Shown piece after piece: positions 23,901 through 35,958 of a DNA stretch of 63,532 nt. Numbering within the stretch: position 1 is the first letter of the stretch; every line of letters begins with the position of its first letter. Origin of the DNA: Vezdaea acicularis (Eukaryota); the NCBI GenBank assembly GCA_026025075.1, contig JAPEUI010000096.1, positions 1 to 63,532 on the forward strand. The letters are read 5' to 3'. The translations under genes and the position numbers were made by a program. The notes beneath the pieces were generated by a model. The model ran no database searches. It had not been told where the DNA came from and was given only the letters and a program-made list of their open reading frames with translations.

Positions 23901-26337
23901 GTTCAGGTTCCCCAAGATCTTTACGACGTATTATGGTTTTCAGCTGCTTGAGAGCTGCGTCCGCATCCAGTCGGTTATCCCAGAAAGCCTTCACCGCCTT
24001 GTCTAGAAAGTTCGTTGATCCTTTCTTCACGCCGAGGCTCTTACCTAAGTCTTTAGCTTGAGCCATATAGTCATCAACAAGCTTCTCTCTTTCTTCGCCA
24101 CTCGTAGAGAGAGTCGTAGCAACAGTACTCTCACCAGCGCCTCTTGATGATGGTTCGCCAACTTCTGGTAGTCTGATCGTAGCCCTTGCGGTGCAATCGG
24201 GATCGTCATTGTTTTTATCCAATCCGCGGTGAACATAGCCTGGAGGCTCGTCCAGAACCCATTTAGGCCTTCGCTCCTTAGCTAGCTTCTCCGCTTCCAA
24301 GGTTTGTAGGGTCTCCTTCGACAGTTTACCATCCTTCTTGTGACCGCCACCTTTGACGTATTTCTTCCTAATCTCGGCAGGTTTGACTAGTTCTACTGGT
24401 CGACCGTGCCATACGTTCACATTGGCCTGGTGACGAGGACCAAGCCTCGAACTAGCTCGGGGATAGATCCGGTCATCGTAGTCCAAGACGTCTTCGACTC
24501 TGCAATGGACGCCGAGGTATCGGTAAGGCCACATTCTTGCCTGAGCAACTTGCTCTGGAGTCGCGGGATGAATATCGATATCCAGAGTCGCTGACGCTGG
24601 GCTAACCCCATTGGCTGTCCGGGCTCCTACAGCCAATGCTTCGTCCTCATCCTCATCCATCAGCTCCTCTTCGTCGCCTTCCACTTTGTTTTCGTTGACT
24701 ATCGGAGTATTTCGAGCATCTAACTTTTTCTCCTGGGCACGGCTGCAGGGACCGCATGACCAACCAAACCCACGGGAGGGCTTTTTCTGCAGAGGGGGAT
24801 CCAGACATTTCATATGGAAGGTTGAGCGGCAGACAGCACACTCTACAGAGTCATTACTGAAATGGACCCTATTAGCAATTATCATGGTTTGGAGCCAAGA
24901 TTGACATGCGTACCTCGCGCAAAAGCCGCTACAGCGTTTGCATGATTTGGCCGGAGTGATTAATTCCTTGGTCCGGCTACCCTCAGCGACGACAAACCGC
25001 CATCTCTCATCGAGAACTCGCTTCACCTTAGGGGGCACATTGATGACTTGGCTGGTAGGAACCACATCATAGTGTCGATGCATGTACCGTTCGTATACTT
25101 TATCGTACCAAAAACTGTCTGTTCTCTTGCGGTATTCATCGATATCACCAAACTCGCTCCTGTGGAGAATTTGGCATTTTCCTCGCAAGGACGTTATCGG
25201 GCAAGTGTCTGAATGCATTGTTGCGAAGACAAGACGAGTGTCGGTGACTTTACGTGGAATCTCTCTTGGACGATAGTACCAATTCACTCGGATCGAGCTG
25301 ATAGGCCGGCTATGATCGTTGTTGGCGTGTAAGAACTCCATGATCCGGCCTAAGTAATAAGGGTCACCCGGTGGCTCGCAGATGAGATAGACATGGTCTA
25401 GAACAGGTCAGCACCGAGACAGAAGCAGCAAGAGGGCAAGAGAGCAATGGAGATGGGGTCGGAGTTTTAAGGTGACTGCAAAGCGATTAACAATGGAGGA
25501 CAAACCGTTTACAGCTAACACAGTGCCGTCGTCCGCTTTGAGCGTTCCCTGCTTTGAAAGATAGGCCTGAGAGCTGTTGAAGGTTAACATATTCGACTCT
25601 TCTTTGCCACTTATACCTGCTGCCATGCTAGCTCTTCTTGTTGTGATATGGCCACTGCTGGCGGTGACGACGTGAGACGAATGCCCGTTGGTGGAGTGGC
25701 CGGCTTGTGCGGCTTTCCGTTTCTTAGATGGGGCTGGCGTGGTACTGGAGCTGAAACTGGCGGAAAAGGTGGACGTGCCAGGCAGAGAGTCTTTTGGTGC
25801 GGAAGTCGTTATCGTGGAATCTTGGTTGTTTACGGCGTTGCTTGCGGTATTGGTTCCCGTTGCGGTCCGACGTGTAGTATCGCCCACTGCCCTTCCAGAA
25901 TCGACGACCTGAGCTCTGCTGAAGCCATCACCTCCAGTTGCTGATTTGTTGGCTGCTGTTATCGCCGCAGAATCATCGAACTCTGCCTCCATCTCTTTGT
26001 CTTCTGCATAATTAGGTCGCGCTCCTCCAATTCGATTTCGAGAGCGTGTGCCATATGGAGAAGCGGTACTAGACGTATTTGCGGACTCTTTCACCGAAGC
26101 GTGGGAGGACGACGACGAGTTCGCAGTCATGGGTTGTGATTCAGCCAAACTCGGTGGCATTGCCGCTGCCCGCTGCGGTGACGAGAGAAAGGTGCTTGGT
26201 CCTGCCGCAGAAGATGGATTCAACGATCGATCTACCTGGTGCGTCTCAGACTGTGCAGTGGGGTTGGATAAGGTGGTGGTATCAGCGGCCGATGAGGTGA
26301 CATGAGCAGTTGTCGATTTGCGGCCCTCATCTGCCAT
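20939..26337 (-). CDS. SNT2: Snt2/SntB chromatin regulator (BAH, PHD, ELM2/SANT, PHD/ePHD)
   Basis: BAH (CEPPGDPYYLGRIMEF, RVNWYYRPRE, TMHSDTCP), PHD (CAVC...HMKC...CGPC), RLGPRHQA, SANT (IVRFYYVWKK) and WVHVVCAVW. Confidence 0.94.
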
Positions 26338-28793
26338 GACGAGGAAGAAAGCGCGCCCACAACTACCCACGGAAGTAGTGGGCGGCAGCCTTGGGCCAGT
26401 TCAAGCCACGCCGCGTGAAGAGAGAAACCCAAGCACGCTCGTCGTTTGAGCACAGTTCAGTGTGAGCGGCAGGGTTGTTGGGCTGGAGAGTCAGAATCGG
26501 TCGTATCGATTGGTCTGTCCGTAGGGACGGCGATTGATTGGAGCTGACGCAGCAATCGACTTGTTCCCAGCCTGTGCGGTGTAAGCGTCGAGGTTCCCTT
26601 GCGAATTCAAGAGAGCGGTGGCAAGATCGGTCTGTCCTTGCGAGGATGCAATATCAAGATTGGTGGGCCAGCACCTTACAGGCACAGATGCACGAGGGTC
26701 GAAGCGTGCGAGCAAAATGGGTCGCAGTGCAAGGGTCGAGCGTTTGGAGGCAGCGAATCGTGCGTAGGTCGGATGAGGATAAAAGGTGGCAGACGGTGAT
26801 GAAATTCAAAGGAATGGAGGAGAGTAGCAGCCGCGAGTGGGGGGAGGGAGGAGCACGAGGGAAAAGAAGCTGCAGAGCCTGACGTGGAATGTGTCGAAGA
26901 GCGAGGAGCGAAGAGAGCGAGGATTGCTGGCCAACGGGAGGAAGGGCACGATGGCGGCGCAAGGTAACGGGACGGTGGATATCAGACAGCGGAAGAGGCG
27001 AGAGGCTACCGTAGGGCGATTGAGAGTGGGATCCCTATCAAACCGGGGCTCTGCCTCTGCATTTCTCCTCTTTCCTCTCTTTACGTCCGCTCTAGCCACC
27101 GCCAGCTACTTGACATTACTACCGCACGCACAGATATGTTTGCTATGCGCGCTGTGAGCAGGTGCGGTCTCGTGTCTACTACTTGTACGCGTTACGGCGC
27201 TTGGCGTCAGGCGGCGTCGCGCGGCGCAAGGGACCGCTCAGGAAGGCCAGACAGCGATTTGGCATGTCTTCGATGATAATATGCCCAGCCGACTGGACCT
27301 TTCAAAGAGAGACCCGTGAACCCTCCCTCAACCGCCGTCCCCTGCATTGGCCCTCCGAAGCCTCATGCCGAGATGCAAACCTTACAGGCAGAGGCGGCCG
27401 GCTCCTGAGCGTCTTGTCGGCAGACGCCCCCCAACGCAGTGCATCGGTCTGCCCGTGTATCCGAATCTGCAGATACCGACACCTTGTTCCCTTCCAGCTG
27501 CTCGTCGTCCTCGCTCGGCGGTCACTCAGGCCGCCCCCCAGCGCTGGTCGTGAGCAAATGGCGAGTTGGGCCTTTGACGGTCGCCGTATTTGCCGACCTA
27601 CGCTAGCGGCTAATGTTACGCGTTTCACATCGCCTCCAATATCAGAAACGTCTCCTGCGGTAGACACCATATGCGAAATCCTCAGAACTCTCTTGGATGG
27701 ACTCGCCTTCTCAGGGCGCAGAACGTCGGCCCTCCGCCCAACACTTGACGATTCTTGATCTCGAGGCTTCTGTCCTACTGGAGGAAGTATGACTAAGAGC
27801 AAGTCGCAGCAGCCAAGGGAGCCTTTCTTCAAGCCCCGCACTCGTGTAGTGTGTCATATATCATGCAGTATCATTTGTTGCTGTCAATGTAGCGCCGAAC
27901 GACTTATGGAAGTCCTTGAAGGACCATCTGAGCGCACTCAAATAACCTTTCAAAGCTATAGCTTAGTGACCCGAGAGAGCGAGAGAGATGTTGCGAGTAG
28001 ACCTATCATGTGTTGCAGCACCCAATTGTCTCACCGACTCCACATACGATGTGCCCTCACGACTTGATGAGGCTTTCAAACATGAGAAGGCTGTCGGAAC
28101 TAATTGCCCACACTCGGCAGGTATTACGACTTTCAAACCCGATAACCTTTGCGCCCCTGGAGCCGTGACACTTCCCTGATCAGACGAAGTCCGCTTCACG
28201 GTACTCGCCGTTATTTCTCATAACTACATCGGCATGAAATCTAGTCTTTGGGCTATGCGGGTGGCTGCGATATAGAACAGGTCCAAGGAGATATTGGCAT
28301 GGAGTTTGCTCACTCGCTTCGGTGCCTTGCGCGACCGGGACCCTGGCTTGGCGCGGTTGACACTGGCACTGGCGCATGCGATTCCCCACGTTCCGCCGTT
28401 CCGCCGCTCGCTAAACGGACGAATCGTTCCCCTGCTAATCTCTCCATCCATGAACAACAATGCAACAACAGTTGCTGGTGTAATGCTGTATCGAGGACCG
28501 GCCGTTAAATTCTGCTATATTTGTTTCAAGAGGGCAAGGTAGGCGTCAAAATTCTCGCACACGCAAAATGATCAGCCACCTGCGGAACCCTATTGGAGCA
28601 CCAGATTTGGCCGAAATTCTCCAAAACTCTAAAGTCGTATACTGCATTTGCCGTACAACATACACTGTAATTTAGAAGATCCAAGGGCATATCTTGGGAT
28701 AACAAAGCGCCGCGAGCCAGCAAAAATATTGACGATATACCCAGAAGATCAGGAAACGTGCAGTCTCACTACGTGCAGAGTCAGGTCTAAGTA

Positions 28794-30782
28794 TTGACTC
28801 CTACGGTGGTCCAGAATCCCCTCTTTGCTCTTTCGCACTCTCAGTATGGCTTACTTCAAGGCCCGGTGTGTGATTTCTCAGCCATGTAAATGAACACTAT
28901 ATATTTACGACAGTCTTCTAGTCTAGTATGTCGTGGAGTTATGGCGCCGAAAAGACCTTTTTAAACTTGGTGCCATTAGATGCAGGCAAAGTCGCTAGTT
29001 GCAATGTGCCGTCGAGGGAACCCAAAGGTACATCCTGAATCTATCCCAGGTCGTAGCGGAAATACTAGGTGACGTAGTCGAGAAAACGAAAATTGAATTT
29101 GGGTAGCAGGGTTGTTGGACAGAGGCAGAGCCGTGTGAGCTGAGCTGATGTTGAACTTGCGATGATTATGTATAGTTGAGAAAGTAGCTTTCTTGGACCC
29201 CTAAAACCTTCCTGTAAACTGACAAATATCTTACAAGCCATATCTCCTTAGTTACTTTGATAGTCGGAGGCTGCTTTTTTACAAATCTTAGAGTTTTTGA
29301 AGATGAACGAACTGCAGATGACCAATGGCGATAGTCATGGCTATATCATAGAACTTATAGCAACCAGGCCTCATCATCTTGGATTCAAAGTGCAGATCAA
29401 ATTGATAAGGGCGACGGTAGTCGTGCGGACAAGTGCTCGGCTCCTCTGAATTCCCCCCCCCCCCTCTAAAAAATTAATCCCAATACATGAACACTGAGCT
29501 CCTTGCAGACTGGCTAGATGTTAGATACCATGAGTTAAATATCACCAAAGGCCGGTCAGGGAATCCGAATCCCCCATGAAAAATCGGTTCACCCTGTTTG
29601 GGCTTCCTTCAATCTTCTGGAGCTCTAACTCAGCTTCATGGCCGCTACATTACGCAAAAAGCGGGTGTCCATGGTTGACTCGTTCAGGGTTCAGGCCGTC
29701 CAGAGCTAAATTTTCGGTCATGAATGCTGTTGTTAGTCTACTGAGCGAAATGATAGCTTCTGGATACAACGCTATTGTCTTCTGTGGGTGTTGAGTAGGG
29801 TGCAAGCAGGATGCTATGCTCATCAGCCGAAAAATGCCTGCTATAGCAGACGTACCTGCGAAGCTGAGAGATGCAAGGCTGAATGTGGATCGTCCACTTG
29901 ACTTACACAAAAAGCCGGAGTCCTTGTTCATGACGAAGTCAAAAGAGAATTGCAAACCTCCTTCCTAGGTAGGATCACGCATATCTTCTACAGGTTCATC
30001 TTTGTGCAATCTTAGGAAACTTTAGAGATCAACCGGCATGCATCTCTCAAGGAGATAGAGCGCTGGGATGGAAGTAAGATATGAGAGCTCTTGATACGTA
30101 AGTATCACAATTCATGTGGCCGTAAAGCTGTCGGACATCTGGACTAAGCCTTTGTCCGGTATTGCCCATTACTAATTGACAAATGAATCAAATATCGGAT
30201 CTCTCAAAGAGGAAAAGCCAGAAGAGATACACATCACTCGTCTATGCCGGTATATCTATACAGCCTTTCAATGTCGGTATCTTGTATTGAGTTCCAATAC
30301 AAGCGGCCCCTCGCGATACGACAACTACGAAGATCTGTACAGAATGATGCTTGGACCTGCCGGGATTTCGTTCCTAGAACCATCAAGTATTGCGAGTGCA
30401 TGAGATGGAGAATAGTTCAAGCATTATGAGCGCACATGACTGCTCGTCTTCATCATCAAGGATCACTTCCGGCTGACTCAGCCCATGCAGGCGGTCGAGC
30501 AAATCTGCTTGATTCGGGCCTAGACCACCTTCCTGAGAGAACAAATGGCGCGAGTATTTCAGCAGCGCGAGCTGAGGGATGTTTACTCCTGGTAAGTGCT
30601 GCAAGAGGTGCTGTCTGTCTGGTCCGGCAATGCCGGCGCTTGCGAGGCACGCTAAAGATTCCATGCGGGCTCAACCGAGAAAGTCAGGGTTGCATGGAGT
30701 CAAGGAAGTCTCAAAACTAAGGTCAGAGCCAGAGATCATAAGGCAATCTGTCAGTTGGATTTGGAATAAGTGGATCGGATGA
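28794..30782 (+). pseudogene. Decayed HELQ/Hel308 (DNA polymerase theta-like) helicase pseudogene with internal deletion
   Basis: Collinear remnants: LTPTVVQNPLFALSHSQYGL (28794), frameshifted Walker A AGK/SLVA (28982-29003), MNELQM...HGYIIELIAT...VQI...RAT (29303-29416), NTELLADWLD (29490), NAVVSL...GYNAIVFCGC*VGC (29723-29803), GVLVHDEVKRELQ...HIFYRF, RRSVQNDAWTC...IKYCECMRW, AGGRANLLD and MRAQPRK. Many stops and frameshifts. Confidence 0.85.
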
Positions 30783-31447
30783 AAGCGGCTTCTCGTATTT
30801 TCATTTTTATATTCACCAAAATTGATGTTCTTGGACTGAGTTGAAGGAATTGCAATCGGGAGGCAAAAGTCCAAACACGTCGTATTGAGAGTTTTGCCTT
30901 CCTCATTGAAGACCACCCTCGAACACCTACCCTGCGGCTCACAAGTCCCACTACCAAGAAGCTATCATAGCGCCACATGATCTGATTTGAATTTGAGGAT
31001 ATGTTGACCCAGTTCGGCTGTGCTACCGCTATACCTTTTGCAGTAATTCGAAATCCCTCCGCTCTTAGGCGCGTTGATGTCGAACAGGCTATCCCCCGGC
31101 TACCCGGAAGTCGACCAACGCGTATTTCCTTAATAAGGATGATACTGTGTCCCCACACAATCTAAGTTTCAACCGTCGTTCAGGCTATGATTACCAAAAT
31201 CTTGGTCATTAACCTTCCTTGCTTGAGGCGTTGTGAGCCCAGCTACAACTGCATGTGTCTGCTTGTGATGATCGATCTCAATAAGGTGACCTCCAATCTG
31301 ATTTGGAATATAAAACCCTCGGGATGATCATATCAAGATTTAAACGCATTCCGTCGCACTCCAATTCCTATTTTGAAGGATCATCTCGAAACTTGCTTGT
31401 TCCAAACTCTTCTTCTCCCTCAATAGCTCAACTCAAGACTAATATAG

Positions 31448-32544
31448 ATGGCTCCATATAATTATGACCCTGTCATACAAGGCTTCTATGACTTTGTCGC
31501 GAAGCAAGGCGGCCCAGGTTTAGTTGATCTCGATGTCGTAGGTGCTCGAAACCTCCTCGAAACCGTCCAGAAACATGAGCCTGCCGATGATGTTGTGACT
31601 GAAGAGCTTGGAGATCCAGTGTCAGCGAAGAGCTCGCGCAAGTCGCTCATTTACAAGCCAGTTGGAGCATCAGGAGACTTAAAGACGGTTATTTATTTCC
31701 ATGGTGGTGGCTGGGTACTTGGAAGGTCCAAGACCATTCTCCAATTCCCTGTCTTTAGCTGATCATTTCAAAGCCCCAATACCCATGATCGTTTAATAAG
31801 AGATCTTGTTCGAGAGTCCGGACTTGCATTTGTCTTTATTTATTATACACCTGCTCCAGACAAACAGTTCCCGGACACCTTCGAGGAGGTGTTTGAAGTC
31901 GTTCAATGGGTCAAAGCAAATGGCGCCAAGAAGGGCCTAAAGACTGACAAATTCGCCTTCGCTGGTGACAGCGCCGGAGGTTAGCGTCCTTGAAGCTATT
32001 CATCAAGAGCCCCGCAAACTCTCAAATCACTTTTTATGACGTTTGATGACTATCATTTTGCTGACTCCTTATTAAAGGTCATATGTCCATCGCCATGAGC
32101 AACTATTGCATCGAACGCAACGGCCCTAAAGTCGTCTTCCAGGCCATTGTGTATCCCGTAACAGACCTGGCCCACGAAAGCTCCACTTTCAAAGACTTTG
32201 CCGACAACCCGGCCTTGAGCGCAGCCGCAATCCGCTGGGTCTACCATCACTGGATTCCCAACAGTGATGATCGTCTGGACTACCACGCCTCACCGATCCT
32301 GATGACTAAGGAGCAGGCGGCCAAGCAGCCGCCAACGCTGCTCATCACGGCTGATGTCGACTGCTTGCGAGAGGAAGGCGAGTTGTTCGGCCGTCTTTTG
32401 CAAAAGGCCGGCGTGCAGACAAGTACGTTTCGCGCGTTGGGGGCCAGCCATGATTTTTGCATGATCAATGGTGTTGCCGGCAGCCCAACTACACAGGCGA
32501 CTATAGAGTTCGTGGCTTGGAAGCTAAAGAAATCCCTACGTTAA
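31448..32544 (+). CDS. Alpha/beta hydrolase fold-3 (HSL-family) esterase/lipase, 3 exons
   Basis: YFHGGGWVLG oxyanion motif, AGDSAGG nucleophile elbow, D-x-LR-x-EG and H-D-F catalytic motifs. Confidence 0.92.
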
Positions 32545-32678
32545 GTAATTGGTCATCACCGCGTGTGCATTTTCCTACTACTTAAGCAAGCCTCAGATTT
32601 ATTAATGCCTATAATGTACCTCATCCAAAATAAACACTTTTTCCAAGCTCCATTATAACAGAAAACGCAAGCTATCGA

Positions 32679-33664
32679 TCACGGACCGTCCTCCAATCTC
32701 GGCCCGTTATGCCACTCACATACCCGGCCTCCGACGCCCAATCCTATCCTCGAGTTGTATTCACACTGCCTTGGCCTTCGGCGGCGGCGAGGCACCTCGT
32801 CGAACAACCCATGCGAACCCAAGACTTCCTCAAGACTTCCAGCCATGGGTTCTGCCGTCGCGCCATAAAATCTGGTTGCAAAAATATGCGATGACAGTAG
32901 GACTGCAGCCAGGTTGCTTCGAGGAATCCTTTTAGTCGTTTGCTGGGGGGGGTGATGCGCCCAGATCTGGTTTATAACGTTTGTTGTCAAATGCTGGGGA
33001 ATTGGGGAGCGATGAAAGGCTTGAAGCGCGTCTGGCAATGGACTGATCCCAGATCGGAGTAGAATATCCGCAATGAGCTCCTGGGGCAGAGGAAGTGCTC
33101 TCAGCAGCTCGAATCTGTCATGTACGGCATTCTAAAAGTTCATTTAGCAAGATATTAAAAATCACACTGGAGTATACCATATATCCATACAGTCAGCTGC
33201 GCAACCATTCTTTCCGCTTGAGATGCACAGATGCAATGTTGCCTGCAGATTGATATTGCTTGTGACGGATACGTCCTCTCGACAGGCTCATAACCCGTGT
33301 GTTTCAGGTAAACGGTATGATGGAGCCGGCCGCCTTTCACCCTTTGTGACTCTGGCTCGCAAATCATGCCCAGCGTTTTATATATCTTCATGGGATCATC
33401 CACATAGGGGTCATCCTCTGCTATGTTTGCCTGGCACGAGTCTAACGTGAACGGTAATAAGTCCCGCGCTCCCAGATTTGGAAATCTGCGTTCGACCTGG
33501 AGCCCTGCTGGTGCCTCCCCATAGCAAGCGAGTGCAAGTGGATGAGGTACGGTACCATCCCAGGTCTGAGGAGGGTCGTAAGGGGGGTGAAAAGTTTCCG
33601 CAATCAGCCCCTGAATCCACAGCATCAAAACCGCCAGTAAAGATACTGCAAAGTTGCGCGACAT
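32679..33664 (-). CDS. Secreted Cys-rich protein of unknown function (exons 33664-33191 and 33131-32679; 308 aa)
   Basis: Signal-peptide-like N-terminus and a six-Cys domain ending CRQHCIC. A phase-0 intron (GTATGG...GCTAAA...TTTTAG) joins it in frame to ORF 32679-33038. Confidence 0.7.
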
Positions 33665-34222
33665 GCGGAGAGACGTAGAAAACTTTCACAAGCTCTTTGC
33701 AGCAAAAATAAGGAAGACGATGTAAACTATTTAAATAAGTGCGATGAAAGCATCGACTTATGATGGACCAAGGTAGAGTGCGGCATTTGAGTCGTTTACC
33801 TAAGCTTCGGAATCTTTATAAGCGTACACACCCAGTGTGGTTGGTGAGAGATAATAGAGGAACGCAGCCAAGTAAGCTTGGACTTATACAAGCAAGACGT
33901 GACGAATTGCCAAGATACAACGTGATTGTGCTATCATGATAAATTCATCCAAGCTCGAGCAACCCCATCTGCCGTTCCCGAGCATCCTCCTACCCGAATG
34001 TCCAATCACGCCATCAGATTCACTAAACGCCATTTCCCCAATGCAAACACCGCCGTTATACGGTATGCCTCCGTAGACATGGATGAAAATATATGTACTC
34101 GCCCGCCAAACGCTAACAGTAAACAGACATTGTAAGGTGGACCGTGAGATCGCTCCGTATGGTTCTATATCGAAGAGGAAAGACTTTTTACAGTGAATAT
34201 TAGTTTGATTTCTGGAGTGATT

Positions 34223-35958
34223 CTATATTTTGTTTCGGTTAAAATGAGCAGAGCCACCCCCTGCTTCGCTGATGGGGGTGGTGATTGGGGTTTGCTCCGG
34301 GCGTTGGAATTTCGTCGGGGCTTTGGGACTCGAGAATGAGCCGCGCGAGGGGGCGAACCGAGCCTCTCGACCGAAATAGTCAACTTCGTTGGCCTCTTTA
34401 TTCATGGGTGCGAAAGCAGGTACAGGGGAAGCAGTCGTGGTCATGAGCGAGTCGGGAGATTTTATGGCGGGTTGTGGAGTCGAGGCAAGCATCTCGTATG
34501 TGCGGGGATCGGCAGAGAGGCGACGTGCATCAACGGAAACGAAGTCGTTGCTGCGGTGAAATTTAGAATGAATGAGAGCGACCCAGCCTGTAACCATGGA
34601 CCAGCGGCCTAAGAGCAGACAGAGCCAGATACCATTTGTAGAAAGAAGAATGAGTACGGCTATGACAGTGGCTTCGCTCAGGACCAACCCCTTGGCAAGA
34701 TCGAGACAGGCATTCTTATCTCCGGCGTGGGTGACGAGGCACAAAAGCCATGGCTGAGCTTTGGCGACATCATTCTTAGCCGATTGAGTAGCATTGTCCA
34801 TGTAAACGAACACGATAGCAAAGAAGACGACATCGACGACAATGAGCATCACGATGAAGATACCGCGCCATTGGAGCATGAGCACCTTCCGTACTCGTCG
34901 ATATGCTTGTCGAGCGGTCGGGACGGTGCGAACGCTATTTGAATAAGATGGTAGGCCAGAGCTGTTTTGGGTTGACGAGGTGTCATCCATTAGAGAACGC
35001 AAATAAACTTGGATGCAGTAACCAAACCTATCGTAATCAGCATCGCAAAACATTGATCACGCTTGGGACTCGACTCACGTAGCGAATTGAACAACGATTG
35101 CTGCACCAGCAAAGGCTAGCATGGGACCCCAAAAATCTTTCAAAGCTCCCTCATGGTTGATGTGGCAGGTATCCCCAAATCGGTACGAGACGCCGGTGAC
35201 GGTAAGAGCGACCGCGCAAGAGATGGCAGGTATGCCCCAACCAGCAAGCTGTGCACCATAGAAAAACTTGTTGCCGGGAACCAATTGCCAGCATATCTGT
35301 AAATGAAGTGACAAGGCCCGAAGGAAAACTAAGTTCGAGATTAGAAACCTTCACAAGCAGGTGCAAGGCGAAAGTTTGCTCACCCCACATGATCCCGCAC
35401 CAACCTCCTGCAAGAAGGCATGCTCCAGATAACGCGCAGGGTATGCTCGAATACATGTCATTTGGTGTGATGTTGTTGTAGCATTGCTCCGGCTTCGCCC
35501 CCAATGGTATTATAAACCCCAATTGCATTAAGATTATTCCAATTGCAAGGCATATGCTGAGATAATGTCGATGCGTTTTGGCGATTGGTAAGAAGAGAAA
35601 GGACGCCATGAGAAAGACTGAACAGGCCACGCCAATGACATTAAGGTAATTCGCAACTCGTGTGAGCCGGAAGAAGTCTGGCCAAACGCGTTAACTTCGA
35701 TATCTCGCAAGCTTTGTCAGAAGGACTACCTACTGTCTCCATAAACCCAATCTGTTTGAGGGCACGGTAGGCAACATACTGTAGCTCCCACTGGGGCACA
35801 AAATCGGCCAGGAATGACTACAACCGTGAGTATGGATTCAACAACTGATTGATAGCGGATGGGGCAATCTCACATCCTCCTGAGCTAGGGTAGTTTGCGG
35901 CTTCCAAGAAGGGTTTCGGGCACGCCCCGGATCTTGCCTCCAGGACGAGAGGCATCAT
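34223..35958 (-). CDS. Seven-TM G-protein-coupled receptor (GprM/family-2-like), multi-exon
   Basis: N-terminal CPKPF...RFC...CCLPCPQTDW, HYLSICL, SLHLQICW, GVSYRFGDTCH and RRVRKVLMLQWRGI, with seven hydrophobic segments. Confidence 0.82.

Noticed and set aside
26450..28550. Cluster of 70-200 aa ORFs upstream of SNT2
   Set aside because: No domain signature and mutually overlapping; consistent with an extended regulatory region.
6085..32544. Possible secondary-metabolite cluster (enoyl reductase-like, quinone reductase, esterase)
   Set aside because: The genes are scattered among housekeeping genes and no PKS, NRPS or terpene backbone gene is in the window.
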